This document shows positions 18,204 through 27,876 of a DNA stretch of 45,172 bases, in pieces. The DNA comes from Elusimicrobiota bacterium (lineage in GTDB: Bacteria > Elusimicrobiota > Endomicrobiia > CG1-02-37-114 > JAHJSO01): assembly GCA_043826435.1 (NCBI GenBank), contig JBDRQF010000045.1, forward strand, positions 1-45,172, given 5' to 3'. A model generated the notes under the pieces. The model worked only from the letters and a program-made list of their open reading frames with translations, was not told the DNA's origin and made no database searches. The translations under genes and the position numbers were made by a program. The stretch's first letter is position 1, and every line of letters begins with the position of its first letter.

Positions 18204-18225
18204 AATAGACACCCGCAACAGACAT

Positions 18226-19581
18226 TTACTCCCCTTCCCCAAAAATGTGTTTAAGTATAAAGTCCGTCGTGTAATCCCCTTTTCTGAAATATTCGTTTTC
18301 CATAATCTTCTTGTAGAGCGGTACGGTTGTTTTTATTCCTCCTGCATGGAATTCACCCAGCGCCCTTGACATCCGGGCTACCGCCTCTTTCCTGTTATGC
18401 CCCGATGCAATGAATTTTGCAATAAGGCTGTCATAAAAAGTGGGGACCGTGTAACCGTCATAAATGTGCGTATCAACCCTTATGCCGGGGCCCCCGGGTA
18501 AAACAAGACCTGATATTTTCCCGGGTGAAGGCATAAAATCCCTGTCGGGGTCTTCGGCATTTATCCTGCACTCAATTGCAGAACCGCACATTTTGATGTC
18601 GTCTGACTCAAATTTTAACTCCTCTCCGGCAGCAAGGCGTATCTGTAACTTTACGAGGTCAACCCCTGAAACCAGTTCCGTTATCGTGTGTTCAACCTGG
18701 ATTCTCGTGTTCATCTCAAGGAAATAGAACTCCTCTTCCTGGTCAATCATGAATTCAACCGTCCCGACGGTAACATACCTTACCGATTTGGCGGCGCGCA
18801 CCGCCTGCCTGCCCATCTTTTTCCTGAGGTCTTTATCCAAGAAAGGCGAAGGGCTTTCCTCTATCAGTTTCTGGTGCCTCCTCTGTATTGAACAGTCCCT
18901 CTCGGGGAAGTAACACACGTTCCCCCGGTTGTCTGCTGCAATCTGGAATTCTATGTGGCGCGGCCTGTCTATGAGTTTTTCAAAATAAACCTCGTCGTTC
19001 CCGAACGAGGTCTTCGCCTCGGCCTTTGCCGTTGATATGGCCGTCTTTAATGATTCCTCCGAATGGACCACCCTCATTCCCCTGCCGCCGCCACCCAGCG
19101 CCGCCTTTATGATTACGGGATACCCTATCCTTTTCGCCTTCTCGGCAACTTTCGGGTCATCAGCGCTGATTGGGTCTGTCGTCCCCGGCACTATCCGGAC
19201 GCCCGCTTTTTCCATTATCTTCCTGGCGGCGACCTTGTCGCCCATTTTCTGTATTGAGTCCCTTGAGGGGCCTATAAACTTAATACCCGTGGACTCGCAC
19301 ACGTCGGCAAAATAGGCGTTCTCAGCCAGGAAACCGTAGCCGGGGTGAATCGCGTCAACCTTTGACATGGTGGCTGCAGAAATTATATTTGGAACGTTCA
19401 GATAACTCTCAACTGCAGGCCCGGGCCCTATGCATACCGACTCGTCCGAAAGACGCACGTGGAGAGCGTCCCTGTCAACCTCGGAATGCACACTAACCGT
19501 CTTTATACTTAACTCCCTGCATGCCCTTATGATCCGGACAGCAATCTCACCGCGGTTGGCTATAAGGATTTTTTTAAACAT
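18226..19581 (-). CDS. accC: Acetyl-CoA carboxylase biotin carboxylase subunit
   Basis: KILIANRGEIAVR, HPGYGFLAEN, GGGGRGMR, ERDCSIQRRHQK, EMNTRIQVEH. Confidence 0.97.
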   Translation of the reverse strand: MFKKILIANRGEIAVRIIRACRELSIKTVSVHSEVDRDALHVRLSDESVCIGPGPAVESYLNVPNIISAATMSKVDAIHPGYGFLAENAYFADVCESTGIKFIGPSRDSIQKMGDKVAARKIMEKAGVRIVPGTTDPISADDPKVAEKAKRIGYPVIIKAALGGGGRGMRVVHSEESLKTAISTAKAEAKTSFGNDEVYFEKLIDRPRHIEFQIAADNRGNVCYFPERDCSIQRRHQKLIEESPSPFLDKDLRKKMGRQAVRAAKSVRYVTVGTVEFMIDQEEEFYFLEMNTRIQVEHTITELVSGVDLVKLQIRLAAGEELKFESDDIKMCGSAIECRINAEDPDRDFMPSPGKISGLVLPGGPGIRVDTHIYDGYTVPTFYDSLIAKFIASGHNRKEAVARMSRALGEFHAGGIKTTVPLYKKIMENEYFRKGDYTTDFILKHIFGEGE

Positions 19582-20009
19582 TTGTCAGAATTCTCCGTAT
19601 CAACCAGAAATAATTCCTGGCCGTATTCTACCGACTGGCCGTTTTCAACCTGTATCTTAACAATCTTGCCTTTAACGGTGGATATAACATCCCTCATTAT
19701 CTTCATCGTCTCTACTATCGCCACTTTCTGTCCCGGGACGACGTGGTTGCCCTCCATAACCAGCGGCGGGTGGTCCGGTGACTGCGCGCGGTAAAATGTC
19801 CCGACTATGGGTGATTTTATTGAAAGATGTTTTTTCTCCGCGGCATCGGTGACCGCCTGCTGTTCCTTCCCTGTCTGGCCCGGCTGGCTGACGGACTCAA
19901 TGTCGGAGCGTCTTATTGAAATCTTCGCCCCGTCGGATTCCCAGTGCAACTCCTCAATGTCGGTGTTTTTTATTAAATCAACAAACCTTTTGATTTCTTT
20001 AGGGTCCAT
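19560..20009 (-). CDS. accB: Biotin carboxyl carrier protein
   Basis: SPIVGTFYRA, ETMKIM biotinylation motif, VEYGQELF; adjacent to accC. Confidence 0.93.
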   Translation of the reverse strand: MDPKEIKRFVDLIKNTDIEELHWESDGAKISIRRSDIESVSQPGQTGKEQQAVTDAAEKKHLSIKSPIVGTFYRAQSPDHPPLVMEGNHVVPGQKVAIVETMKIMRDVISTVKGKIVKIQVENGQSVEYGQELFLVDTENSDKCLKKSL

Positions 20010-20059
20010 TATTTTCTCCTCATTGTCGTGCCCTTAATCTCTCTATATTCTCGCTGCCC

Positions 20060-20620
20060 TTATACCCTTTCCACATACTCGCCCGTGCGGGTATCCACCC
20101 TGACAACGTCCCCTATATCTATAAAGAGCGGCACCCGGATTTCCGCCCCGGTCTCTATGGTTGCAGGTTTCATCACGTTGGACACCGTATCCCCGCGCGC
20201 GCCGGGCACGGTGTGGGTAATCTTTAATTCAACGGTTATCGGAAGTTCAACGCCAAGATATTTGCCGTCCAGATACAGGAATTCAATTATATCGTTTTCT
20301 TTCAGGAATTTGGACTCCTCACCTAATTCTTCCCTGCTGACAGGCGACTGCTCAAATGTCTCCATGTCCATAAAGTGCCATTGTTTTCCGTCGTTATACA
20401 TGTATTGTTTTTTTCTCTTTTCAAGTTCCACGTCCCTGAATTTTTCGCCTGACCTGAAAGTCCTCTCTATGGTGGATCCCGTATGAATGTTACGTAGTTT
20501 TGTGCGCATCACGGCGCCGCCCTTACCTGGTTTGTGGTGCTGGAACCAGATAATCGTCCATATATCCCCTTCAACCTCAATGTTTAATCCGTTATGAAAA
20601 TCAGACGTCCCTACTACCAT
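20060..20620 (-). CDS. efp: Elongation factor P
   Basis: HHKPGKGGA, PGARGDT, KPATIETG, VPLFI, DTRTGEYVER. Confidence 0.97.
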   Translation of the reverse strand: MVVGTSDFHNGLNIEVEGDIWTIIWFQHHKPGKGGAVMRTKLRNIHTGSTIERTFRSGEKFRDVELEKRKKQYMYNDGKQWHFMDMETFEQSPVSREELGEESKFLKENDIIEFLYLDGKYLGVELPITVELKITHTVPGARGDTVSNVMKPATIETGAEIRVPLFIDIGDVVRVDTRTGEYVERV

Positions 20621-20635
20621 ATAATTTTACCTCAG

Positions 20636-20686
20636 AGCAATCAACGGGGTCAAGCAATCAACGGGGTCAGGTCTTGACATTTGACA
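20636..20686. repeat. GGGGTCAGGTCTTGACATTTGACA REP-like element with a 17-bp tandem duplication
   Basis: AGCAATCAACGGGGTCA occurs twice in tandem, followed by GGTCTTGACATTTGACA; overlaps the 3' end of the peptidase gene. Confidence 0.6.
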
Positions 20687-21786
20687 AACCCATTTGCACT
20701 CCTCAACTTATCCAGACGAACTGTCGGTCTCGCCCTGCTTGTCCCTGTCAAAACCTCATTGCCTGTCCTTGTTACCAGAACTACGTCCTCAATCCGCACC
20801 CCGCCTTTACCAGGGACGTACACACCGGGTTCAACCGTAATCACCATACCCGGTTCAAGGACGGTTTCGTCATTCCCTGCCAAACGGGGCGGCTCGTGCA
20901 CTTCAATACCGACGCCATGTCCCGTTGAGTGTACAAAATACCCACCCAGTCCCGCTTTTCCTATTATCCGTCGGGCAAGCATGTCAATTGATTGAACGCG
21001 GACCCCGGGTTTTATCGCCGCAATGCACTCTTTTTGCGCCCGGCGAACCGTGTTATAAATCTTCTTATACGATCTGTTCATTTTACCTAAAAAAATCGTT
21101 TTTGTCAAATCAGAACAATACCCGTTATACCTGCAACCGATGTCAATTATTACCGGCTCGCCTTCCCTTATTGCCCTGCCGGACGTTATATGGTGCGGGA
21201 ATGCGGAATTAATTCCCGACGCAACAATCGGGGCAAAGGACGGCTCAACATTCCTTGCCATGAAAAGTTGCCTTATTTTGTTCGCCACTTCCCTTTCTTT
21301 TAATCCCGGCCGGATAAAACCCTTGATTCTTTCAAACACCTCTGATGCCATCATGCAGGAGACCCTTATTGTCTGTATCTCATCCGCTGATTTCACCATC
21401 CTAATATCTGAAATAAAGCCGGGCAAACCCTTCCAGAAAACCCTTGCGTGTGTCTTCTGAATTTTAGAAAATATCTCAACGGACACTCTTTCTGTGTCTA
21501 TGCCGACTTTCCTGATTTCTGAATGTCTCTCTAACAATCCGGCAAGGGTCTTTATGTTGTCCCTCCCCCCGTATATCCGCAACCCCCTAAGAAAAAATTT
21601 CGCCTGTTCATACATGATTTCCGGGGAGATTATTTTTATGCCGTCTGAAAAGCAGTGCGACACAACTGCCCAGCAGCAGTCAATCTCCCTGCCCGTAATG
21701 TAGAACAGGTCAGCCGGAGATGTAACGAGGAATGCATCAATCCCTTTTTGTTTTATCTTACGGATGACCCTATCTATGTTTCCCAT
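20650..21786 (-). CDS. pepQ: Xaa-Pro aminopeptidase/dipeptidase (M24B)
   Basis: PHH, DIGC...YCSDLT, HSTGHGVGIEVHE, TVEPG, GVRIED metal-binding motifs. Confidence 0.9.
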   Translation of the reverse strand: MGNIDRVIRKIKQKGIDAFLVTSPADLFYITGREIDCCWAVVSHCFSDGIKIISPEIMYEQAKFFLRGLRIYGGRDNIKTLAGLLERHSEIRKVGIDTERVSVEIFSKIQKTHARVFWKGLPGFISDIRMVKSADEIQTIRVSCMMASEVFERIKGFIRPGLKEREVANKIRQLFMARNVEPSFAPIVASGINSAFPHHITSGRAIREGEPVIIDIGCRYNGYCSDLTKTIFLGKMNRSYKKIYNTVRRAQKECIAAIKPGVRVQSIDMLARRIIGKAGLGGYFVHSTGHGVGIEVHEPPRLAGNDETVLEPGMVITVEPGVYVPGKGGVRIEDVVLVTRTGNEVLTGTSRARPTVRLDKLRSANGFVKCQDLTPLIA

Positions 21787-22300
21787 TGATTTTATTCAAA
21801 GAGCCCTTCAGCAAATCCATCGCAGTATCCGCCGCCTGCTCCGGAGTGGTTTTGTCCGTGTTTATCCTGAAACTGCATCTCCCGTAGAACGGCTCCCTCG
21901 TTTTAAGCAGCGTTAAAATCTCAGACAGCGGGTCGGTCACATTCAGCAGTGGCCTGTCTTTGCCGGCGCCCGTGCGGAACAATATCGTTTCAGGGCTCGC
22001 TTCCAGATTAATTATTACGCCGTTACTTTCAAGTGCGGACATGTTTTCTTCCCTCAGCACAACCCCTCCGCCGGTTGATATTACATGCCTGTCATACCCG
22101 CTTACCCCGGCAATCACACCCGCCTCAACGTCTCTGAAATACTTTTCCCCGTGTTTTTTGAATATGTCCGCTATTTTCATCTTTTGTTTTTCTTCAATGA
22201 TGTCGTCGGTGTCAATGAATTTCCACCCTAATTTTCCTGCAAGGCTCCTGCCTACGGCCGTCTTGCCCGTCCCCATAAAACCGGTCAACACTATATTCAT
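21770..22300 (-). CDS. aroK: Shikimate kinase
   Basis: GFMGTGKT, DTDDIIE, GEKYFR, STGGG, RPLL. Confidence 0.95.
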   Translation of the reverse strand: MNIVLTGFMGTGKTAVGRSLAGKLGWKFIDTDDIIEEKQKMKIADIFKKHGEKYFRDVEAGVIAGVSGYDRHVISTGGGVVLREENMSALESNGVIINLEASPETILFRTGAGKDRPLLNVTDPLSEILTLLKTREPFYGRCSFRINTDKTTPEQAADTAMDLLKGSLNKINGKHR

Positions 22301-23433
22301 AAAAATCGCTCTTTGATTTCCTTAATGCTGTCCCCCCCGTATTTTTCCAGGAACGCCCCGGCGATAACGTACGCAGCCGCCGACTCCCCTATTATTGAGC
22401 AGGAAGGCACCGCACACACGTCAGACCGGACGATTTCGGCATGCACCGCCTCTTTCGTTTTTATGTCAACCGACCTCAGCGGCTTTTTTAACGACGGTAT
22501 CGGTTTCATAACGGCACGGATAACGACGTCTTCTCCGTTAGTCATGCCTCCCTCTATCCCGCCTGCATTGTTCGTTTTACGATAGTATTTTTTCTTCCCG
22601 GCGTCGTAGAATATTTCGTCGTGCACCTCCGAACCGAACCTCCTTGCAAACTCAAAGCCCCTGCCGACCTCAACGCCCTTAACCGCCTGTATGGACATAA
22701 ACGCCCCGGCGATACTACCGTCTATTCTCCTGTCCCACTGGGTATGGCTGCCCAACCCCGCCGGGACGCCGGAAACAATCACCCTGAAAATCCCGCCGAG
22801 AGTATCGCCTTTTTCAGTGGCGGCGTCTATAACCTCAAGCATCCTCTCTTCTGCGACGGAATCCGGGCACCTCACGGGCGAGGACTCTATTTTTGAATAA
22901 TTGCCGGTAATGTCCATTCCGGAAGTTTCAGCCAGAACGCCCCCTATCTCTTCAACGAATGAAAAAACCTTTATGCCGAATTCAGAAATGAACTTTTTGC
23001 AGACCGCCCCCGCGGCTACCCTTGCAGCGGTTTCTCTGGCGCTTGCCCTCTCCATAATGTCCCTGGTATCTTCCCTGCTGTATTTAATCACGCCCGATAA
23101 ATCCGCATGCCCGGGTCTCGGACTCGTTACGTAAAATTTTTCATCCCTGTCTTTTGCGTCGGCGGACATCATTGTCTTCCAGTTTTCCCAGTCCCTGTTT
23201 TTCATCAGCATTGAAACCGGGGAACCGGTCGTCTCTCCCCACCGGACACCGGACAGGAACTCAACCGTGTCCCGCTCAATCTTCATTCTTTCTCCCCTGC
23301 CATAACCCTTCTGTCTCCTGGCTAACTCCGCGTCTATCTCCGCCGTGGCCAGTTTGAGGCCGGCAGGAACGCCTTCAATGACAGAAATTAGGTACTTCCC
23401 GTGTGACTCGCCCGCTGTAATATACTTGAGCAT
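22297..23433 (-). CDS. aroC: Chorismate synthase
   Basis: TAGESHG, RPGHADL, ERASARETA, NNAGGIEGG, MKPIPSL. Confidence 0.97.
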   Translation of the reverse strand: MLKYITAGESHGKYLISVIEGVPAGLKLATAEIDAELARRQKGYGRGERMKIERDTVEFLSGVRWGETTGSPVSMLMKNRDWENWKTMMSADAKDRDEKFYVTSPRPGHADLSGVIKYSREDTRDIMERASARETAARVAAGAVCKKFISEFGIKVFSFVEEIGGVLAETSGMDITGNYSKIESSPVRCPDSVAEERMLEVIDAATEKGDTLGGIFRVIVSGVPAGLGSHTQWDRRIDGSIAGAFMSIQAVKGVEVGRGFEFARRFGSEVHDEIFYDAGKKKYYRKTNNAGGIEGGMTNGEDVVIRAVMKPIPSLKKPLRSVDIKTKEAVHAEIVRSDVCAVPSCSIIGESAAAYVIAGAFLEKYGGDSIKEIKERFL

Positions 23434-23453
23434 AACTGTTAGCCCCCTGTTTT

Positions 23454-24815
23454 TTATTTTCTTATTGACTCAATTACCGACGACAGTTTCTCGGCAAAAA
23501 ACAATTCCATTCCTGAATTTATAATGTCTTTCTTATTGGACGACGGCAGGTACGCCTTTCTGAAACCCATCTTCTCGGATTCCCTGAGCCGCTCATTTAT
23601 AAAACTTACGCCCCTGACCTCTCCTGCAAGCCCTACCTCCCCTATAAATATTGAGTCCTGCGATATCATAAGGTTTGAGAAGGCGCTGTATATAGCGCAA
23701 CAGACGGACAGGTCAACCGCCGGCTCCTTCACCTTTATACCGCCTGCAAGGTTCACGTAAACGTCCTGGCTGGATAGGTGAGACCCTATCCTGTTTTCCA
23801 GTATTGAGATTAACAACACCACCCTGTTATAATCAATGCCCGTGGACATCCGTCGGGGAAAACCGTAGTCGGTCTTGGTAACAAGCGCCTGGACTTCAAG
23901 GAGCAGTGGCCTCGTGCCTTCAACCGCTGAAGCCACAACGCACCCGGGCGTATCCTTTGACCGTTCGCTTAAAAACAGCGCAGACGGGTTTTCAATGCCC
24001 GCAAGCCCGTCGGACCTCATCTCAAACACGCCTATTTCCGAAGTCGGCCCGAACCTGTTTTTATACGACCTGAGTATCCTGTAGGTGTGGTGCCTTTCCG
24101 ACTCAAAATAAAGCACCGTATCAACGATGTGTTCAAGAATCCTGGGCCCCGCTATGTCGCCTTCCTTGGTCACGTGCCCGAGGACAAACACTGTTATGTT
24201 CCTGCCTTTTGCAAGATGCAGAAACTCGGCAGCGCACTCTCTTACCTGACCCACGGAGCCGGGCGCCGACGACAAATCACTCCGGTAGACCGTCTGTATT
24301 GAATCCACCACTATTATGTCCGGCGATACCTTCCCGACACCGGCGATCATGTTTTCAAGGTTTGTTTCAGCCATAAGGTAAAGGTTATTTTTTATTGACA
24401 GGCGGTCAGCCCTGTTCTTTATCTGTTCAAGGGATTCCTCACCTGAAATATACAACACCTTCCGCCTGTCTGCAAGAGATGAAACCACCTGAAGCATCAG
24501 CGTGGACTTGCCTATGCCCGGCGGCCCGCCAATCAGTACGAGCGACGCAGGCATAACCCCTCCGCCGAGAATCCTGTCAAACTCTTCTATGCCCGTCTTA
24601 ATGCGGTTGACATTTATTGCAGAAATGCTTCCTAATTCAACAGCCCCGGAAGAAAATTCAGTCATGCGGCGAGCAGAGGCGGCAGCCACCGGCTTTTCTT
24701 CAACAAAGGTATTCCACTGCCCGCAGTCCTGGCACTTGCCCATCCATTTGGCGGAACCGTACCCGCAGTTCTGGCACACAAAAACTGTTTTCTGCCTGTC
24801 AAACTTTTTTATCAT
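23454..24815 (-). CDS. radA: DNA repair protein RadA/Sms
   Basis: N-terminal C4 zinc finger, GIGKSTL, KNRFG motif, Lon-like C-terminus. Confidence 0.97.
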   Translation of the reverse strand: MIKKFDRQKTVFVCQNCGYGSAKWMGKCQDCGQWNTFVEEKPVAAASARRMTEFSSGAVELGSISAINVNRIKTGIEEFDRILGGGVMPASLVLIGGPPGIGKSTLMLQVVSSLADRRKVLYISGEESLEQIKNRADRLSIKNNLYLMAETNLENMIAGVGKVSPDIIVVDSIQTVYRSDLSSAPGSVGQVRECAAEFLHLAKGRNITVFVLGHVTKEGDIAGPRILEHIVDTVLYFESERHHTYRILRSYKNRFGPTSEIGVFEMRSDGLAGIENPSALFLSERSKDTPGCVVASAVEGTRPLLLEVQALVTKTDYGFPRRMSTGIDYNRVVLLISILENRIGSHLSSQDVYVNLAGGIKVKEPAVDLSVCCAIYSAFSNLMISQDSIFIGEVGLAGEVRGVSFINERLRESEKMGFRKAYLPSSNKKDIINSGMELFFAEKLSSVIESIRK

Positions 24816-26191
24816 TTCACAAACCCGACTAGCCCCAACAGGTAAGCGATGTCCTCGTCTTCAATAAGAAGGTTCATTGATGCGTGAAAATCCTTCTGTT
24901 CCGTTATGTCTTCAACCGCAGTCCCCAGACGCACCCACTTAACCGGCCGGACCATCGCGCCCACGTTCACCCTGGGCTTCTTCCCGCCGGCCTGGGTCGT
25001 CCTTGCGAAATCATACACGTCCGAATATATCTCCAGCCGGTTCCACGGACTCCACTTCCACGCAGGCCAAACTGAGAACCCCATACCCCCGCTTGACCTC
25101 ATTATCCCTGCACGAACACTGAACAAGTTGTTGCCGTCCAGATTAAAATCCCTGCCTATGTTCAGGTCCACCGTATTAACCTTCTCCCCGGAAACGGCCC
25201 CGCTTTCGCCTGCGTTGCTTATACCGAGGTAGTAAAACTTTTCCGGCTTGGGCCTTATCTGCAACCCGATGTCACTTTTGAACTCCTCCGCCAGGCCGCT
25301 TCGGGGGGCGTCGTATTTAGCATACCTCAGGTTATAATCCCAGTTTGTCTTAAAAAGTGTGAACCGGGAGAGTGTCTTTTTCGCCTCGTTCCCCGCATCC
25401 CTCAGTGAAACGATGGTCTTCTTGAGGTCGTCCCCCATCTCCTTGTCCGCGAACAACCTGCCGATAGTCGTTTCCCCCGCCTCTATGTCCGTAAGGACTT
25501 TGTCAAGTTTCTCGCTCACCGAACGCATGTTTTTTATAACGGCCTTTATGTCTGTTTTTTCCTCGCCTGTAATTTCAGCCAGGTCTTTTGAAATTTTTCT
25601 CAGAGATTCGGAGAATTCCTTCACGTCCTGGGAAATTGATTTTATTTTTTCCTCCGTCAGGTTGCGGTTTAATTTTTCGGATATCTCTTTCGCATTTTTT
25701 ATAAACTGGTTCAGGTTTTCGCCCATATCGCCGTCGGCCACAAAACCCTGCAGGGCGTCGGCCAAATCGTTAATGCCGCCTAAACCTTTGGACATCATCG
25801 TGTCTATGGACACCGGGTCTTTGCCCGTTATGGAGTCGCCGTTCTTAAGCAGCGGCTCATTGTCGGAGCCAAGGGCGAGATCAAGGTATTTAACGCCCAA
25901 CAGACCCGTCGCCATGATTGTCGCATTCGCATCCCTGTGTACCCGGACACTGCCCTTCACCCATACCGTAACCTTTGCCATGCCGCCTTCCAGCCATATC
26001 CTTTCAACGTTGCCGACCTTAACACCCGAGACGCGCACCCATGCCTTTTCAGGCAACCCTGCGACCTCATTAAAATAAACATGCAGGCGGTAGCCTCTCT
26101 CAAGACGCACGTTTTTGATGGTCAGGACGGACAGTCCGAAAGCGATAAGACCGATAAACAGGAATGCTCCCAATTTCGTTTCATTTTTCAT
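24812..26191 (-). CDS. mlaD: MCE/MlaD family protein with long helical region and beta-rich C-terminus
   Basis: N-terminal TM, AGLPEKAWVRVSGVKVGNV, GLLGVKYLDL; in operon with mlaE/mlaF. Confidence 0.85.
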   Translation of the reverse strand: MKNETKLGAFLFIGLIAFGLSVLTIKNVRLERGYRLHVYFNEVAGLPEKAWVRVSGVKVGNVERIWLEGGMAKVTVWVKGSVRVHRDANATIMATGLLGVKYLDLALGSDNEPLLKNGDSITGKDPVSIDTMMSKGLGGINDLADALQGFVADGDMGENLNQFIKNAKEISEKLNRNLTEEKIKSISQDVKEFSESLRKISKDLAEITGEEKTDIKAVIKNMRSVSEKLDKVLTDIEAGETTIGRLFADKEMGDDLKKTIVSLRDAGNEAKKTLSRFTLFKTNWDYNLRYAKYDAPRSGLAEEFKSDIGLQIRPKPEKFYYLGISNAGESGAVSGEKVNTVDLNIGRDFNLDGNNLFSVRAGIMRSSGGMGFSVWPAWKWSPWNRLEIYSDVYDFARTTQAGGKKPRVNVGAMVRPVKWVRLGTAVEDITEQKDFHASMNLLIEDEDIAYLLGLVGFVK

Positions 26192-26265
26192 TTTTGTTCA
26201 CCACCTCTCGTCCGTACGGAAGATAAACCCAGTTCGCTGCCCCCCCCCGCTCTCCCATCAGCGCT

Positions 26266-27021
26266 TCAGTAAACCTTCAGTTTCAACTCTATGGGGCCTT
26301 TACTTGAACCGTCTATAAACTGCCGGACATAAGGATTTTCAGTATTCCTGATTTCATCCGGACTCCCCGTCGCTATAATCCTGCCTTCAAGCAGCATTGC
26401 GATGCGGTCCGAAACCTTGTATGCGGACTTGAGATCGTGTGTAACAACAACCGAAGTAATCTTTAACGTTTTCTGCAGGTGCAGTATCAAATCATTTATT
26501 GCGTCGGAAAAGATGGGGTCAAGCCCTGTTGTAGGTTCATCATAAAGGATGTACTCCGGGTCGCGCGCGATCGCGCGCGCCAGCGCTACCCTCTTTTTCA
26601 TCCCGCCTGAGAGTTCCGACGGCATGATATTTTCTACGCCGCTAAGCCCCACTTTGGAGAGACAGTCGGAAACCTTCCCTGAAATTTCCGCTCCACTCAT
26701 ACCCGACCATCTGAGCCCGAAAGCGACGTTCTCCCCGGAGGACATAGAATCAAACAGGGCTCCCCCCTGAAACAGGTACCCGAATTTTTTCTGGATCGCA
26801 CTCAACGCTCGTTCGCTTATACCTGAAAGGTTCTGACTGTCAACAAATATGTCGCCCCTGTCGGCTTTCAGGAGGCCGACGATGTGTTTTAAAAGCACCG
26901 TCTTGCCGCACCCCGAACCGCCTATAATGGTAAGGGTTTGCCCGTCGGTTATTTCAAGATCAACCCCTTTCAAAACGTAATTTTCCCCGAATGTCTTGTG
27001 TACGCTGGAAACCTTTATCAT
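26266..27021 (-). CDS. mlaF: MlaF-type ABC transporter ATPase
   Basis: GGSGCGKT, LSGGMKKRVALARA, YDEPTTGLDP. Confidence 0.9.
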   Translation of the reverse strand: MIKVSSVHKTFGENYVLKGVDLEITDGQTLTIIGGSGCGKTVLLKHIVGLLKADRGDIFVDSQNLSGISERALSAIQKKFGYLFQGGALFDSMSSGENVAFGLRWSGMSGAEISGKVSDCLSKVGLSGVENIMPSELSGGMKKRVALARAIARDPEYILYDEPTTGLDPIFSDAINDLILHLQKTLKITSVVVTHDLKSAYKVSDRIAMLLEGRIIATGSPDEIRNTENPYVRQFIDGSSKGPIELKLKVY

Positions 27022-27042
27022 TCCTTAAATTACCCTCCACAA

Positions 27043-27074
27043 GTCCCTGCCGAGCCCCTCAGGGGCGAAGCAAT
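27043..27074. repeat. Degenerate palindromic element (GTCATTGCGAG family)
   Basis: GTCCCTGCCGAGCCCCTCAGGGGCGAAGCAAT resembles the 30471 copy. Confidence 0.55.
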
Positions 27075-27100
27075 ATCCCATCGTCGACATAAAACAACTG

Positions 27101-27868
27101 CTACCCTATGCCGAAAGCGACCAGTAACGCCGAAAGAAAATAGTCGCTGACCAGTATAAGTACGAGAATCGTCACGACTGCTCTCGTCGTGGCTTTGCCT
27201 ACCCCTTCGGCGCCGCCCCTGCATTCAAACCCCTCGTATATTGAGATCAACGATATAATAACGCCAAAGAAACACGCCTTGATAATGCCATGAAAAAAAT
27301 CGTCCAGACGCAGGAAATCAAACGTGTCCGCCCAGTAAACGCTTGACGGTATGTCCAGGCGAAGGTTCCCTATAACAAAACCCCCAATAACGCCGATGAC
27401 GTTGGAACAGATTGTAAGTATGGGCAGCATCGTCACGCAGGCCACAAACCTCGGCACTGCAAGATACTTGACCGGGTTTGTCCCGAGAGTATAAAGTGCG
27501 TCTATCTGCTCGGTAACCTTCATCGTGCCGAGTTCAGCCGCAATCGCCGCCCCGACCCTGCCCGTAATGACGGTTGCCGTAAGCACGGGGGAAAGTTCTT
27601 TCAGGAGCGAAAACACTACAATAGTCCCGACATAAAGCGGCTCGCTGAATACGTACTTGGCGGAATACCCGGATTGCAATGCAAGCACCATCCCGGTTGA
27701 AAATGCCGTAAGTAAAGTCACGGGCAGCGACCGCACGCCTATCTCAACCATCTGCGATATAATGTTCTTGATTTCAAATGGCGCTGTAAAAGCGGATGTA
27801 ACGATTTTCTTAAGGAGTATCGCAATTCTTGCGAGCCCGTCTATAAAGTTTATTATTTTTTTATTCAT
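27101..27868 (-). CDS. mlaE: MlaE-type ABC transporter permease
   Basis: GMVLALQ, KELSPVL, GRVGAAIAAELGTMKVTEQIDAL, GAEGVGKATT. Confidence 0.92.
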   Translation of the reverse strand: MNKKIINFIDGLARIAILLKKIVTSAFTAPFEIKNIISQMVEIGVRSLPVTLLTAFSTGMVLALQSGYSAKYVFSEPLYVGTIVVFSLLKELSPVLTATVITGRVGAAIAAELGTMKVTEQIDALYTLGTNPVKYLAVPRFVACVTMLPILTICSNVIGVIGGFVIGNLRLDIPSSVYWADTFDFLRLDDFFHGIIKACFFGVIISLISIYEGFECRGGAEGVGKATTRAVVTILVLILVSDYFLSALLVAFGIG

Positions 27869-27876
27869 TGCAATAT

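Noticed and set aside
26240..26248. Poly-C9 tract between mlaF and mlaD as a phase-variation switch
   Set aside because: Intergenic and not within a recognisable promoter or CDS; no evidence of length variation from one sequence
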